Of a stretch of DNA of 64,000 bases, positions 11,701-27,155 are shown piece after piece. This DNA is from Lama guanicoe. Its lineage: Eukaryota. The translations under genes were made by a program, and so were the position numbers. Where the stretch lies: positions 3,996,799 to 4,060,798 of the forward strand of contig MU053588.1 in NCBI GenBank assembly GCA_013239625.1. Reading direction: 5' to 3'. Under the pieces are notes generated by a model. It was not told where the DNA came from, did not search any database, and saw nothing but the letters and a program-made list of their open reading frames with translations. Each line of letters opens with the position of its first letter. The stretch's first letter is position 1.

Positions 11701-12333
11701 CTATTTATGATCTGTTCAGACTTCCCCAAAACGCGCCTGGGGCCAACATTAGCGACCTTTCATTTGGGGAGAAAGAGGAGAAGCGGCTCAAGGCGGAGGT
11801 TTGGGGATCGAGAGTGGTGGTGTGCGTCCCCCTGGGAGGAGCTTCTTTCCGTTTGATGCGTCCCCGGGATGGGGCGGGCTCAGATCGTGCTTCTCGGGTT
11901 TGAGGGTCTCCCGGGCTTGAGGGTCTCCCGGGCTTAACGCACCACTAACCCTCTCCCATCTATGAGCTAGCCCTACCACTTCCTACGGCATCAAACTAGG
12001 TGAGTTACTTAACCCCTCTGTGCCTCCATTTGCTGCTCTGTAAAAGGGAGATAAAAAGTAATGCCTTCCTAATACAGTGTTTTGAGAAAAAAGGAGACAA
12101 TACAAGTAAAAGGTTTACAACGGCCTGACGCCTTGATTGTTGTGATTAATACTACCGTAATTCTCCGAGAAGCACCCATTTCTCAGTGAGGTTCTGTGAG
12201 CGTAGGAAGGTGAATTGTCCTGGACTCGTGACCTGTTTTGGAAGGAGAGAGCTTCTAGCTGGTAGCGGAGGATATGAATTACAGGGGATGGAAACACAAT
12301 CCTGGTATTTCACAACCTCCTTTCCTTCCCCAG

Positions 12334-12384
12334 CCCTGACTTCTCAGAAAGTACTGCACGAAGGAAGAGGCAACAGAGCCCCAA
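12334..12384 (+). other. Probable non-coding 5' UTR exon of ZNF226
   Basis: Pyrimidine tract plus CAG at 12331-12333 and donor CAA|GTGAGT; homologous segments exist at about 33200-33270 and 57580-57644. Confidence 0.5.
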
Positions 12385-13029
12385 GTGAGTAGGACTTGGC
12401 ACTCTTCTCCATAAGATGTTCACATAAATTGTAGAACGTATGATAGAAACTTGGGCATAGGTAATGATTATAACTAAGCCTTCGTCTCTAAGTTTCATTC
12501 GAAAAACTGTACAGATGAACATATTCTGTCACAAAGTGGTAGCTCTGTGAAGTGGGGCTGCTATTTTCTCTACTTTAAAGATGGTGGAGATGGAGGCAGG
12601 GAACACAACCTGTTGGCCGGTGCTCACCCAGATGGTAGGAGGCAGAGCTGGGGTTGGAACCTAGGCAGCCCGAGTCCAGCACCTGATTGTATTAATCTCT
12701 TTGGTATATTCTCCTTGAGCATACGGAGCTGGCTAAAATTTTTGTGGAAGTAGGTGGGACTTAATTGTGGGGACCTTGAGAGCAAGATTTAGGCTATTAA
12801 TGAGTTTTTACAGGTTTTCTCAACTGAGTCGTTTACTTTATTTAAAATAATATTTATATTATAGGAGTGACGTAATCATTGTGGAAAATGCAGATATACA
12901 TAAAGAAAAATGTTAATTACCCATCACCTTAAGCTGTAGAAATAACAGTTGTTAATGTTTTAGTGCCTTTTTGTCTGGTTACTCTGTGTGTGTTTCTGTT
13001 TTGTGGAGGCTGTTTTCTTTGGAACTGAT

Positions 13030-13215
13030 GTATACTACTCAGATTGTGGTCCACAAACCAGTGGCATTGGCACTGGCATCACTCGTGTAGAAATGCACAT
13101 CATTGGACCCCATATGAGACCTTCTGATTTAGAATTTCCGTGTATGGGACCCAGGAGTCTGAATTTTAACCAGATCCTGAGGTAATTCCTATGCACGTGA
13201 AAATTCGAGAAGCTC
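13030..13215. mobile_element. MER5-type hAT-Charlie element
   Basis: Typical MER5A segments (tgtggtcc...agaaatgca...gaattttaac...ctatgcac...gagaagc). Confidence 0.65.
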
Positions 13216-13731
13216 AGGAAAGGGTCTTGTCTGGAAACTGGGGCCTACAAAATTGACCCTGCTGGATGTCACAGATAAAACTGAGCTGGATATCCCGGAG
13301 CCCTACTTAGTCCAGTGATTTTATTCCCCAACGAATTATTGTCAACTGTCAGGTCTCCTTGCAAAATCCTGACCCAAGCAAAAGGCAGCTGGCAAATAAT
13401 GAGTCAAAATGGAAGGAATTAGAAGTTGTGAAGGTGTATTTTCCAAAACAATGGGGAGTGGATTCATTGCCATCTTTTATACTAGAGGGCTTCTGCCTGA
13501 AGGGGGAAGATGAACTAGGAGTTACTGTTAGTTACACTAGATGTTTTTGCTATAGGCATCATCATCGGACCTACTACTACTGTTATGACTATGACTGTTT
13601 CCTAATTTCTGTAACTTTTTATTTTTATATAATTTCAAACACATAGAAAAGTTGCAAAAGTAGTATAAGGAAGTCTCATATATTCTTTACACAGAATCAT
13701 CAGTTGTTTATGTTTTGCCCGTTTGCTTCTT

Positions 13732-14212
13732 TGTGACCATCAGCCAGAAACCACCAGGAACGTTCCCTGGGATTGAAGAGCTGAGTTGTTTCAGTTGACA
13801 GCACTGAGAAAGCCCACACGCCACGGTAAGAGGCAGTTAGGCGGGGCTGCTCACAGGGTTTTGGCTTATGTTTGCTGAGTTGGGGAGGGTTTTAGGCAGG
13901 GAGGGTTTATTCTGGGTTGGATGCTGTCAGGAGTCAGATGCAATTTGATGACTGAATATCTCAATACTTTTTGTCCAGTAGATGGGAAAAACAAAATGAG
14001 ACTGGAGTTGTCACCGCTGTTCAGGAAGTAGTCACTCCTCTTATCTGAGAGGGGCAGTTCTTTGGTTATTTTTGTCATTGTAGAATGCCTCTGCCTTATG
14101 GGGTGGCTTGTCTTTTTCTTGTTCAGCACAATTCTTGTTTCTCAGTTAAAAACACCGAGTCCTAGCTGTTGCTGCTCTTAGCTGTCCGTGCTGTGTAGTT
14201 TTTTCTCTTTCA
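13732..14212 (-). mobile_element. Solo LTR (ERV1-like), older
   Basis: TG...CA ends (tgtgacc...ctctttca); interrupts an L1M-like segment. Confidence 0.5.
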
Positions 14213-15049
14213 CGGCTGTATCATGTTTATATTTTTTTGTTTGCTGAACCAGTTGAAAACAAGCTAAAGACTGATCAAAATGAGATTAATTACATTGACA
14301 ACCCAGTTACCTAATCCGCAATCCATATTTAAATTTTTTCTGTTTTCCTAATACAGTCTTTGAGAGCTAGTTTTCTTTCCTAATTGAGGGTCCAGTCCAG
14401 TTATATGCACTATGCTTAGTTTTTGTTTCATTAGTCTCCTTCAATCTAGAATGATTCCTCAGACTTTATTTTTCTTTCTGGCTCTTGATATTTTTGAAGA
14501 GCATTGGCCATTTATATTGTAAAATGTCCCTTTTTTTGGTTTGCTTGATATTTGTTCACAGTGAGATTCAGGTTATGCGTCATCAGCAGGGATGCCGCAG
14601 GAGTGGTGAGACATCCTTCTCAGGGCATCATCCGAAGCCAATGTCAGTTTGTGGGTTTGTCCCAACTGATGGTTTCAACTTTGTTTTCTTGGCTAAGGTG
14701 TCTGCCATGTTACTGTTTTTTCCTTTTGCAACAGTGTGGCTATCTTATTCCTCCCCCAACTTTCCCCGATGTTTAGCATCCATTGATTTTCTAACTATCT
14801 TTGATTCTACAGTCCCTAGTTTGCATCTTGCCGTAGGGAGAGCTTTCTCTTCTCATCCATTTATTTCTTGTACATTCATCTATTTATAACTACATATTTA
14901 TAACTCAGATTCTTATCGTTTTCATTTAAATTAGGTACAGGGTGTCAAATAGTTTTGTTGTTGTTGCAGAATCTTGGCTTTTACTAGTTTTCTTCACCTC
15001 TGTGCATAGTTGTCAAAAGAATACTCCCTGTTTAAAAAGAAACAAAAGT

Positions 15050-15146
15050 GAGGAGAGCATAGCTTGGTGGTAGAGTGCATGCTTAGCATGCACAAGGTCC
15101 TGGATTCAATCCCCAGTAGCATCATTTAAAAAATTAAAAAAAAAAT
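15050..15146 (+). mobile_element. tRNA-derived SINE (Vic-1-like)
   Basis: tagcttggtggtagagtgcatgcttagcatgcacaaggtcctggattcaatcccc followed by an A tail. Confidence 0.82.
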
Positions 15147-15582
15147 AGAAACAACATATTGTTACATCTTTTATAAAAAGTTGTCCATGTCAATTTAAGT
15201 ATATTGTTGAGATAACAAAATTCTTAGGAAGACAACCAGAGATTTTGAGAAATCTAAAGACTCTTGCATGACAGAACAACAACCTAGGAACTCCACATGT
15301 CTTACAGTATTCTGTTGGGAGAAATTGCCTTTATAAGGATAATTTCAAACTATAAAATATCATCTGCTTTACTGCAGTTGCTGAGAAATAAGAAACCCTG
15401 AGAGTGTTCTCAGAGTTTTCTACCTTACAGCAGTCCTACGAGGTGGATACCACTGTTCCCCCCCACTTGCAGGTGACAGAATTGAGACAAAGAGACGTTA
15501 ATAATTTGCTGAAGATGATACTCCTGGTGAAAGGCCTCGCTAGGATTTCAGCCCATGCATATTGACTCCATAGCCTACTCTT

Positions 15583-16126
15583 TTGTTTTTTTAATCAAAG
15601 TATAGTTGATTTGCAATGTTGTGCTAATTTCTGGTGTACAGCATAGTGATTCAGTTATGTGTGTGTATGTATATATATATTCCTTTTCGTATTCTTTTTC
15701 ATTGTAGGCTATTACGAGGTATTGTATATAGTTCTCTGTGCTGTACAGTAGGTCCTTGTTTATCTAGTTTATATATAGTAGTTAGTATCTACAAATCCCA
15801 AGCTCCCAATTTATCCCTCCCCATCCCCTTTCCCTCCCAGTAACCTTAAGTTTGTTTTTTGTGTCTGTGAGTCTGTTTCTGTTTTGCAGACAAGTTCATT
15901 TGTCTCATTTTTTCAGATTCTGCATATAAGTGATATCATATGGTGTTTGTCTTTCTTTGACTTACTTTACCTAGTGTGACAGTCTCCAGGTCCATCCATG
16001 TTGCTGCACATGGCATTATTTTATTCTTTTTTATGGCTGAGTAGCATTCCATTATATGTATGTATACCACAATTTCTTTACGTTGTCATCTGTCAGTGGA
16101 CATCTAGGTTGCTTCCATGTCTTGGC
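15583..16126 (-). mobile_element. L1 3' end
   Basis: Perfect 17-bp TSD ctccatagcctactctt at 15566 and 16127. Confidence 0.85.
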
Positions 16127-16457
16127 CTCCATAGCCTACTCTTATGTTGTCTAGTTTACACCATACCAGGGATGAGAATGACCACTGTGGAAGCTGCAGG
16201 CACATTGTGAAGGGGCCACTGTGTGTGTTTGGGTGGGTTGTTCCTTGAGCTAGCTCCGGGCTCATGGGGGCATCTGGTATCCATGCTGGGCTCTGCTCAT
16301 CAAGCACGGTCATCTGCAGCCACCCTGAGGACTGGGTGCCTTGCTGATTCACAGCGAGCAGCCATGTGGCTAGCGACATTCTTGACCGGTGTCCATTGAC
16401 TTCTGTTTCCTTTCCTGTCTTCCCAGGGCTCTGCATGTCCCCAGAAGGAAAGAGGAA

Positions 16458-16472
16458 ATGAGCACTTTCCAA
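16458..16472 (+). CDS. ZNF226: Start exon coding part of ZNF226 (MSTFQ)
   Basis: Acceptor tcccag at 16421-16426; GGAAATG AGC ACT TTC CAA|gtgagt gives the typical 5-codon KZNF start, joined in phase 0 to KRAB-A. Confidence 0.85.
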
Positions 16473-16867
16473 GTGAGTATGGCTTGCCTTTCTTGCTGTT
16501 AAAAAGGCCAGTTAGTACTCAAAGATTGGACACAAGTTTTTATTTTTCAAGGAGAGTCAAGGTGTATGAGGACCTGAGTGCGTGACGTGCTTTTTTTAAA
16601 TCCCTGTTAAGTTTAATTAGTTTTGGTTTCAGTTTTTATTTTATTTCATCTTTTTTTATTTCGCAAGTGAAAGAAAAATTAATAGAAATGAAGAACATCT
16701 ACTTTATTACTTCCCTACTTACAAATTAGCCTCTTATATTATTGTATTATAATATAGTATAATAGTGCACGTTCTAAATTTGTACATATGCATTATAAAA
16801 TTGTATAATAATACATAATACAATATAATGTATTGTATTACAATGTATTATATTTCTGTAATCTCTT

Positions 16868-16986
16868 TTTTTAGGGGGAGGTAATTAGGTTTATTTATAA
16901 TTTTTTTAGAGGAGGTACTGGGGCTTGAACCCAGGACCTCGTGCATGCTAAGCACACACTCTACCACTTGAGTTATACTGTGTCCC
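16868..16986 (-). mobile_element. tRNA-derived SINE (Vic-1-like)
   Basis: SINE body with TSD ctgtaatctctt. Confidence 0.85.
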
Positions 16987-17627
16987 CTGTAATCTCTTAA
17001 TCATATGTATTCATAGCCATGTATTTGTATTTATAACAAATACACTTTAAAATTTTTTTCATTTGATACTATACAACATTCACTTTCTTTTTTTTTAATT
17101 TATTTTTTATTTTTTGACATTCACTTTCAATTGCTTTTTCATGTTCCTGCAAACTTATGTACCTATTTTTTTTTAAACTATTCTCTACTCATAGACATTT
17201 CATTTAGGACTTTTACTGTTTTAGGAACACTATGGTGACAGTGTTCCTGATCGAATCTTTTTCTCAAAAAAATCCATTCTGAAAAATATTGCCCCCATTT
17301 GCCCTTAACGAACTGTGGCTTCTGTGCAGTGCCCCGGGTGTTTCGGGTAGAACATCCGAGCAGGGCAGGGCATGGCACAGTCGCACTGCTGCTTCACACA
17401 GAGGAAGTAGGTCTTGTTAGCTGTTTTCTCACTCGCAGAGCAACAGCCCGTCTCCCCCGTGCCTGAGTCATATCCTGTGTGTATTTTATTTACTGGTTGG
17501 TTTGTTTTCCCATTTTTTTTAATCAAAGTAATACATGACCTTAGTTTTAAAAGACCCAGTGGTCCTTAAAGGATTTGTTATTGCATTGATACCTCAGAAC
17601 AATCGTATAAAGAGGTGCATGGTTTCC

Positions 17628-17640
17628 TCTTTATTTTATT

Positions 17641-17671
<31 letters not shown>

Positions 17672-17680
17672 TTATTTTTT
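17628..17680. repeat. (TTTTA)n simple repeat, probably the tail of a very short L1 3' fragment
   Basis: Direct inspection. Confidence 0.75.
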
Positions 17681-18272
17681 TAAACATTTTTTATTGAGTT
17701 GTAATAATTTTACAGTGTTATGTCAAATCGTCTTCATTTTAAATACAAAGAAAAGGAATTGTGAGAAGTTAAAAACCTGCTCAGGCTTCCCTAGAAAACC
17801 GAGGATCTGGAGGCAGAGAACTGCACTTGAGCGAGAGACAGGGAAAGAGGGTTTCCCTGGGAGGCCAGGCACACCCTCTTGGTTCATTTCCACACACGCC
17901 GCCCCTCCTCACCTGGTTCCCTCTGTGGGAAGGCAGGTGCTGTCGCGTGCCCCTGGGACTAAATTGGGCAAAATTTCGGGGCACTTGGCAATATTAAATA
18001 AAAAGTGAGACCTTTTCAGTTCAGGAGGCAGCAGTTAGAATTTTAGGGAGTTTACTGAGAGTATCAGGTGAGTACACAAACTTTCTCTTTCACAGCAGCA
18101 CTTGGGGTGAGGCCGAGGAGAGCCAGTATGTGGCACTGGCAGGAGAGGAGGAGGGGGGCTGGGAAGTCTACAGATGGCACAAGAGCCACAGCAGCTTCCC
18201 ACCCATCCTCCTCACCTTATTGGCACCACCTCTCTTCCATGGACATGGCGTTTATCGTATTGTTTGTTGCAG

Positions 18273-18399
18273 GAGGCAGTGACCTTCAAGGATGTGGCTG
18301 TGGCCTTCACAGAGGAGGAGCTGGGGCTGCTGGACTCCACTCAGAGGAAGCTGTACCAGGACGTCATGGTGGAAAACTTCAGGAACCTGGTCTCAGTGG
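18273..18399 (+). CDS. ZNF226: KRAB-A exon of ZNF226
   Basis: 127 nt with AG/GT ends; [43 protein letters not shown]. Confidence 0.93.
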
Positions 18400-19003
18400 G
18401 TGAGGACAGCCTTTCTCTGGAGTGTCTTTGTGACCTTGGCGTTTTAAGGCTTTGGGACCCTTAAAATGGTTCCTTGAGTTTGGGGACCAGACTGCCAGTT
18501 CCTGTGCAACACAAGGGGGTCTTTCTAAACAGGATGTTTTAGGTCTTTTTCTTTTGTGTTTTGTGGAAGAACTGTAAATGGATAGGATGCTGCTGCACCT
18601 TGTCTGTTCTTTTTCAGGTTTCACTCCTGTCCCTTAGTGGATTAGGAAGCCAATTTATTGAGTCCTACGTGCAATTTTTAAAATATAGGAAATATCAGCA
18701 CTCTTAGGAAAGGTAGAACACGCTGCAGCAAGAACTCTGGCCAGTTGCATGAGTGGTGTGAGAGCCAGTGGGAACAGATTTAATGAAAATAGAAATTGCT
18801 TAGAAATAGATCATTCAGCCTTCATTTTAATAATACATATTTTTACACATCTGGGTCATGAAGTAAATGCTGTTTCTTCAGTGGGTCACGATACAAAGTT
18901 TGAAAGACACCGCTTTCAATCTCTTGAATACACAGTTGGAGATCAAATTTCCAGTGAATTTTAGCGCTAGAATGTTCACTTTAACTTGCGACTTTGTTCT
19001 CAG

Positions 19004-19096
19004 GACATCAACCCTTCAAACGAGATACATCACATATAGAAAGAGAAGAGAGGCTTTGGATGACGAATACAGCATCCCAGATGGAGAGAAATTTTG
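19004..19096 (+). CDS. ZNF226: KRAB-b exon of ZNF226
   Basis: 93-nt phase-1 exon, ctcag|GA...TTTG|gtaag; HQPFKRDTSHIEREERLWMTNTASQMERNF. Confidence 0.9.
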
Positions 19097-20090
19097 GTAA
19101 GAACCAAGCGGTTACGAGTTCTCATAATTAATTCTCTGTTTTGCTTCTCATCATGCCAGTGCTGTCCGCCACCTGGTCCAGATCAGAAATCTCTTTCTCA
19201 GGTTATTGCATGGTCTGTACTGGTTGCCTGCTCCTACCCTTCTCCTGTAGCCTGTTCTTTAAGTGGCAGTCAGACTGATCTTTTTTGACTCTAAGGCAGG
19301 TTACGTGAGTTCTCTATTCAAGATTCCCTTATGGCTTATTTTACTTAGAGTAAAAACCACCTAAAGGTGGCTTCTTGAGTCCTCTGTGGTCTGCTGTCTG
19401 CTGTTCGGCCCCCACTACCTCTCTGAGTACATCTCCTATCCTCCATCTTGGCTCTGTCTTTTTCATCTATATTGTCCTCCCTGCTGCTTCTCAGACCCGC
19501 AAAAGATGCTTATGCCTCGCGGCCCTTCATGTGTCCACCTCTCTGCCTGGAATACTCTTTCATCTGTAATCCGTCAGGCCTCTTTACTTCATTCAGGTCA
19601 CTCACTTTTAATGTCATAAGAAGGCTGTCCTTGACCATCCTATTGAAACTACAGTCTTCTGTTTATTATTCTCTCTGCCCTGCCTAATTTTGCTTCCAAG
19701 CATTGGTCATCACTCAGGTATATTTTTGTTCATTTGTTTCTCACCTCTCTCCTCACTGGAGGGTAATCCCCAGGGGTAGAGGAATTTTGTCTGTTATGGC
19801 AGTGTCAAAGCTATGAGCACAACAAAACGCTTGCCTTTACTGGTACTGCGTTGTGGTAGGAGTGGCATGTTAATTTTTGAAAAATGACTTAAATAGTATG
19901 TCAGATGGTGATTTTATTTTAAATGGGTTTTATTAATGCTAAGTATTTGGGAGTTTAATGGACCATCTCTTGATCTTTGTCAGTATACAAACCAAAGGAC
20001 TTCATAGGTGGTGAAAAAGAAAAGACGAACCATCCTGACATTCATTAAAGTCTTATACTGTGTCTTAAGTGTAAAGTCTCAAATCTGTAA

Positions 20091-22289
<2,199 letters not shown>

Positions 22290-23079
22290 TTAAAAAAAAA
22301 AAACTCAAGTGTCATGTGAATTCTTCCAATCATCAAGTTCAAAAGGAAAAACTCATTTGCTTCATTAAAGTCCGTGTTTCAGCCATAGCTCAACACGTCC
22401 CTGTAGTCAGGAGGCCACACAGCGGAGAACCCTTATAAGTGGTATAGTAGGGCTTCAGTTTGAACTTTGACCTTTATTAAATATTACTCAGGGGAGAGGC
22501 CTTAGTATGCCTTGTGTCAGGCCTTGTACAAAAATATGATGGACATGCCACAATGAATGCCCATTGGGATGTGAGCTCCATAAAGGCAAAGACTTTTGTT
22601 TTGAATCTATGTAGTCTGAACATTGCCAAGCACTTCACAGGTGCCCAATATTTATTAAATTAAGAAGTGAGAAAAAAATTTTTGAAAATTATGTTGAGAG
22701 CACTTCCAAAATTTCATAAAAATTTGTATTCAGAACAGGCAACCTAAATGTGGCCTTAAAATTAATTCAGGGAGGCAAAGAGTTGAAGTGTTAGAAAACC
22801 ACTCAGTTCTGTAATGTTAATTTGGCATTGTTCTGCTTTGATTTGCTCCTGTTCCATCAGCCTGACTTCAGGTTGGATCTTCCCATCTTGGACTTTGTCT
22901 ATTGTTCTGTTGATTGTATACCATACAAATTCTGTTAATCTTTTTTGACAGTATAGACTTAATGGAAAATGGATTGTTAATCTTGCAATACAGAAAACAT
23001 GTTATACTACTGACTTTTTTTCCAGAAATGTGAAGGCAGAGGTTTTAATGTCAGAGTTACTAATGACAATGACAAATGA

Positions 23080-25070
23080 TAAACACTTCTTCACAGAGTT
23101 AAGAAACTCATTTGTGAGGGGGGCACTGGCAGTCTTGGAATGCTCTGTAGTGACTTTTCTCTGCAGGCCAGCAATGAGAGAAGGAAATTATGATGTCAAA
23201 ATGAGCTTCCTAAATCCAGTGAGGATGGGGAGATCCTAGGGCATCACCGATAAAGTGGAGGCATTCATTAGCAGAGATAAAAGTGAATGTATTTTTCACA
23301 GTGAACAATAAAACCAGAGAGATCATTAGAATAGTTTGATACACAGAGACGTTTGAATTTTCTTATTGACTGTGGTATCTCTGAGACTGAAATAAATGGG
23401 AAGCCTATTAATATCCTGCCTGATTTGAATCAGTGGAAAAGCTCCAGGTCTGATAAACAAGTCAGACCTAGATCAACATGAGAGTTGTGGCCCCTCAGCC
23501 AATTCCTTAACATCCGTTCCCGTTTTTAGAGCATCTTGAATGAATGGCAGGCCGGATCCCCTTGAGGAAGGAAGCATCCTGATAATGCTACCAAAACTGT
23601 ATACTGTAAGTCAGCCCCAGACTTCTTCAAAGTGACTTCCAGCTGTATTTTATGGAGGTTGTGCCTCAGGTAAGTGGAAATAACCAGAATATGGAGGAAT
23701 CACTAGACACTAGAGCTGACATTTACTCCTGGACCCCACAATGGCATTGTGGTTTATCAGTTAGTAGAGGGGTTTATAAAAGACAGTTCATGGATGTTTT
23801 TGCTCAGGTCCATATGTGGTGGTCTGAATGGATCCCTAAATTCATCCTATGATTATTTCCAAAGTTCCAGAATGCTGAGTTGCAATAGAAATAACCAACA
23901 ACTGGCAGAATCCTCACACTGGTTCCCTGACCTGTGGTGCAGGGGCTACTTTGATAAGAAAGAACAAATGAACACTGTAACTACCTTGTATGTACCAAAA
24001 TAGAAAACCAAAAGCAATATTGTATTCCTGGAAGGACTGAAGAGATTAGTGCCACTAGCAGTATCTTGAAAGCTGGAGGGGTAATGGTGTCTGTTACATC
24101 CCATTTCAGTTCACTCATTTGACCTGTGCAGAAGACAGGTCAGTCTTGGATAATGACATGGGGTTATTGTAAACAATCAGGAGTTGATGCCAGTTTCAAT
24201 TCCAGATGTGTCTTAACTGCTAGGATTCAACATCTGCTAGCACCTGATATGCAGCTGTTGAACTGACATAGTGCTTGTTTTTCTCTGTATCTGTTAGTAA
24301 ATATCATCCAGTGAAGTTCAGTTTCATCTGGTAGGGCTGTCAATACACTTTTATGACCCCAGCTCAGGGCTGCATCAACTTTCCAGTCTTTCCAGTTGAG
24401 TCCAGCATGGAGATCGCAACACAGATACTTAGGATTTAGGGGCAAAGTTATGTCATTCTCTGCATATGGCATTACTACTTCTGTGAAAGCAGTTTCTGGC
24501 TTTATTGGTCCCTAGTTAAAACTAAATATGTGACCATGAGGCAGAAAATTATCATGTAGTGAGGTCATAAATTTGGGCATGCCAGAAGCACTTCATCATC
24601 AAGTGGAAGTGATGCATGTGACACTGGGCTCCAACAGAAGCCACAAGTAAGCTGCGTGAGCAAGTGGCTCAGATTCCCACAGCTCCAGTTCCCTCTACAA
24701 TGACTCACATTGTAGAGTGAGCCTGTGACCTCAGGAGTTCTGTGTGGTCAGCTGAATGAGGAGGGAGAATGTGCTCTTCTCCAAAGAGCACTCCCCAGCC
24801 CCCCGCTGGGAGTTTGGTTACATGAGACCACTTCCATCAGGGAAGGGACAGCATCTTTCACCAGAAAACAGTTGCTCTAAATACGAAGGAAATCGCCTTT
24901 TCTGTTACGGTGCTTCTGCTAGAAGCACAATCTGTGGACCTTACAGAATGCTTTATTCTTTGTATTCCACCCATCATTGCTTGTGAACAGTTAAGTCATT
25001 TTATGAAAAATGAATTGTGGCAACTGGACTCACGCTCACAGAATTCACCTATCTCATACCATGTTTCCTC
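23080..25070 (+). mobile_element. Degenerate ERV-L internal (gag/pol) fragment
   Basis: 24099-24180 translates SHFSSLI*PVQKTGQSWIMTWGYCKQ, like the ERV-L RT motif [27 protein letters not shown]; many stops. Confidence 0.72.
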
Positions 25071-27101
25071 TTAAGTTCCACTTCAGTAGTTGGATTTGCC
25101 TGGATTCTCAGGTTTCCTACCAGCTCTGATTGCTCCTCCCACATTTGTTTCTAATTCCTATTTTAAAATTCTCTTATTTCTAAAATCATAGTGACATGGC
25201 TTTCCTGATTGAACCCTGATACTGAACCCTCCAGTGTAAGTGGCTGACGTTAAACTTTTGATGGCCAAGGCTTCCATTAAAAACGATACCCATTTAGAGT
25301 GAACATATGGCCAGCTATGTGACACAACCAAATAAGGAATTGGGCCACCCGCACCCATGAAGTTTCCCTTTCAGAAACCCTTGGCAATCTAGATAACTGA
25401 TCGCTTGACTGACCCTGCCTCTATTCTCCCACGCCCTAATTTTCATTTATGCTTCAAATTAGCCAATAATGAGTGAAACCCCACACACCCCACCTTTGAA
25501 CCCGAATACAGGCAGGGCCCCAGGTCCAAGGTCTCTACTGAGTAGAAATTCTGAGAATCCAGCCACATCTAGCTACTGAAATGGAACTGTTAACAGGGAA
25601 CATGGTGTAAGATCAGTGAATTTGCATTCCCAAAGCCACCACCAGCAAGGTGGAAAGTAGAGAGCATCTGTGAGTGATAAATCTTGTTTTTCAAAGTTCC
25701 CTGAAGGTCTTTTTCTGAGATGTGTCCTGTGATCATATAACCATAAAGGCTGGCCCAGCCACGACATTTGGCCCCAGTGTCTTGGGGGCTCTGTGCGGGT
25801 AATACGGAGCTCAGGCGTTATAGCCCAGAGAAATACCATCAGTAGACTGGGACAGACACCACAAACCCTTTCTGCTGCTTTTTCAGTTACTACCCCTCTT
25901 TCTCAAATGCACTTTCCTAACTTTTAACTCCATTGACTATTTTTCCTTTGGTTTATATAAATAGGATCATGTTGTATATATTCTCTGGGGTTTTGCTTGC
26001 TTTGCTCAGTATTGAGTTTGTGAGGTTGAACCATGTTACTGTTTATAGCAATTGTTCACTTATTTTGTTACCGTAGGGCAGGGGTAGGCAAACTATATGT
26101 TATGGGCCAAATCCTGTATATATTTTGGGGGTGTATGTAGTGTGTTTTCTTTTTCTACTTCCAGAGGTAGAATTCTTACGTCACAGGGGAGGCATATATT
26201 TAACTTTTATCAGATACTGCCAAACATTTCCCAAAGTGATTGTACCAGTTTACACGCTCACAAGCAAGATGATGGTTAGTTGCTCCATATCCTTGTCAGC
26301 ACTTGATACTGTCAGATGTTTTAAATTTTTAAAATTAAAATGTATTTTAAAATTAGTCACTCTGATATGTGTGTAGCGGTGTCCCATTGAGGTTTCTGTT
26401 AGGACTCTAATGACTAATGAAGTTAAGCATATTGGGGACCTATTCAAAGGCTCATTGTACAGTTGTGTATTCTCCTTTATGTAGTGTTGGTTCAAGTAAT
26501 TTGTGGATTTTTCTATTGGGATGTCAGTCGTATTCTTGGATTTACAGGATTTCTTTATATTCTGCTTACAAGTATTTCAACAGATGTGTGTAATATGATT
26601 ATTTCCTCAATTCTGTGGCTTGCATTTTCACTTTCTTTATGGTGCCTTTTGATGAACCAATCTGAATTTTAAATTTTCTTTTTTTTAAGTTAGTGATTTT
26701 TAAAAATCTTTGCCCATCACAAGGTCACAAAGATATTTTAATAGCTATTTTTAATTCTTTTACTCTTCAGATCCACAATCCATTTCATACTGATATTTGT
26801 ATGTGGGATGAAGTAAAGGTCAAGATGAGTTTTCTTCCCATATGAATTCACAAAGGACTAGCCCCTCCACTTCCGGAAAAGACTATACATCCCTCATTGT
26901 ACTTCAGTGCCATCTTTGTCATATATCAAGTGACTAGATGTGTATGAATTTGTTTCTGAACCTTCTATTGTCTTCCATTAGTCTTTTCATATATCCTTGA
27001 ATATATACCACACTGTTTTACTATTGTAAATTCATAAAAGTCTTGTAGTATAAATCCACTTCTTTATATTTTCTTTTATATATTCCTAGTTACTCTTTTA
27101 A

Positions 27102-27121
27102 ATATATATATATTTAAATAA

Positions 27122-27145
<24 letters not shown>
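27102..27145. repeat. (TA)n microsatellite
   Basis: Direct inspection. Confidence 0.85.
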
Positions 27146-27154
<9 letters not shown>

Positions 27155-27155
<1 letters not shown>

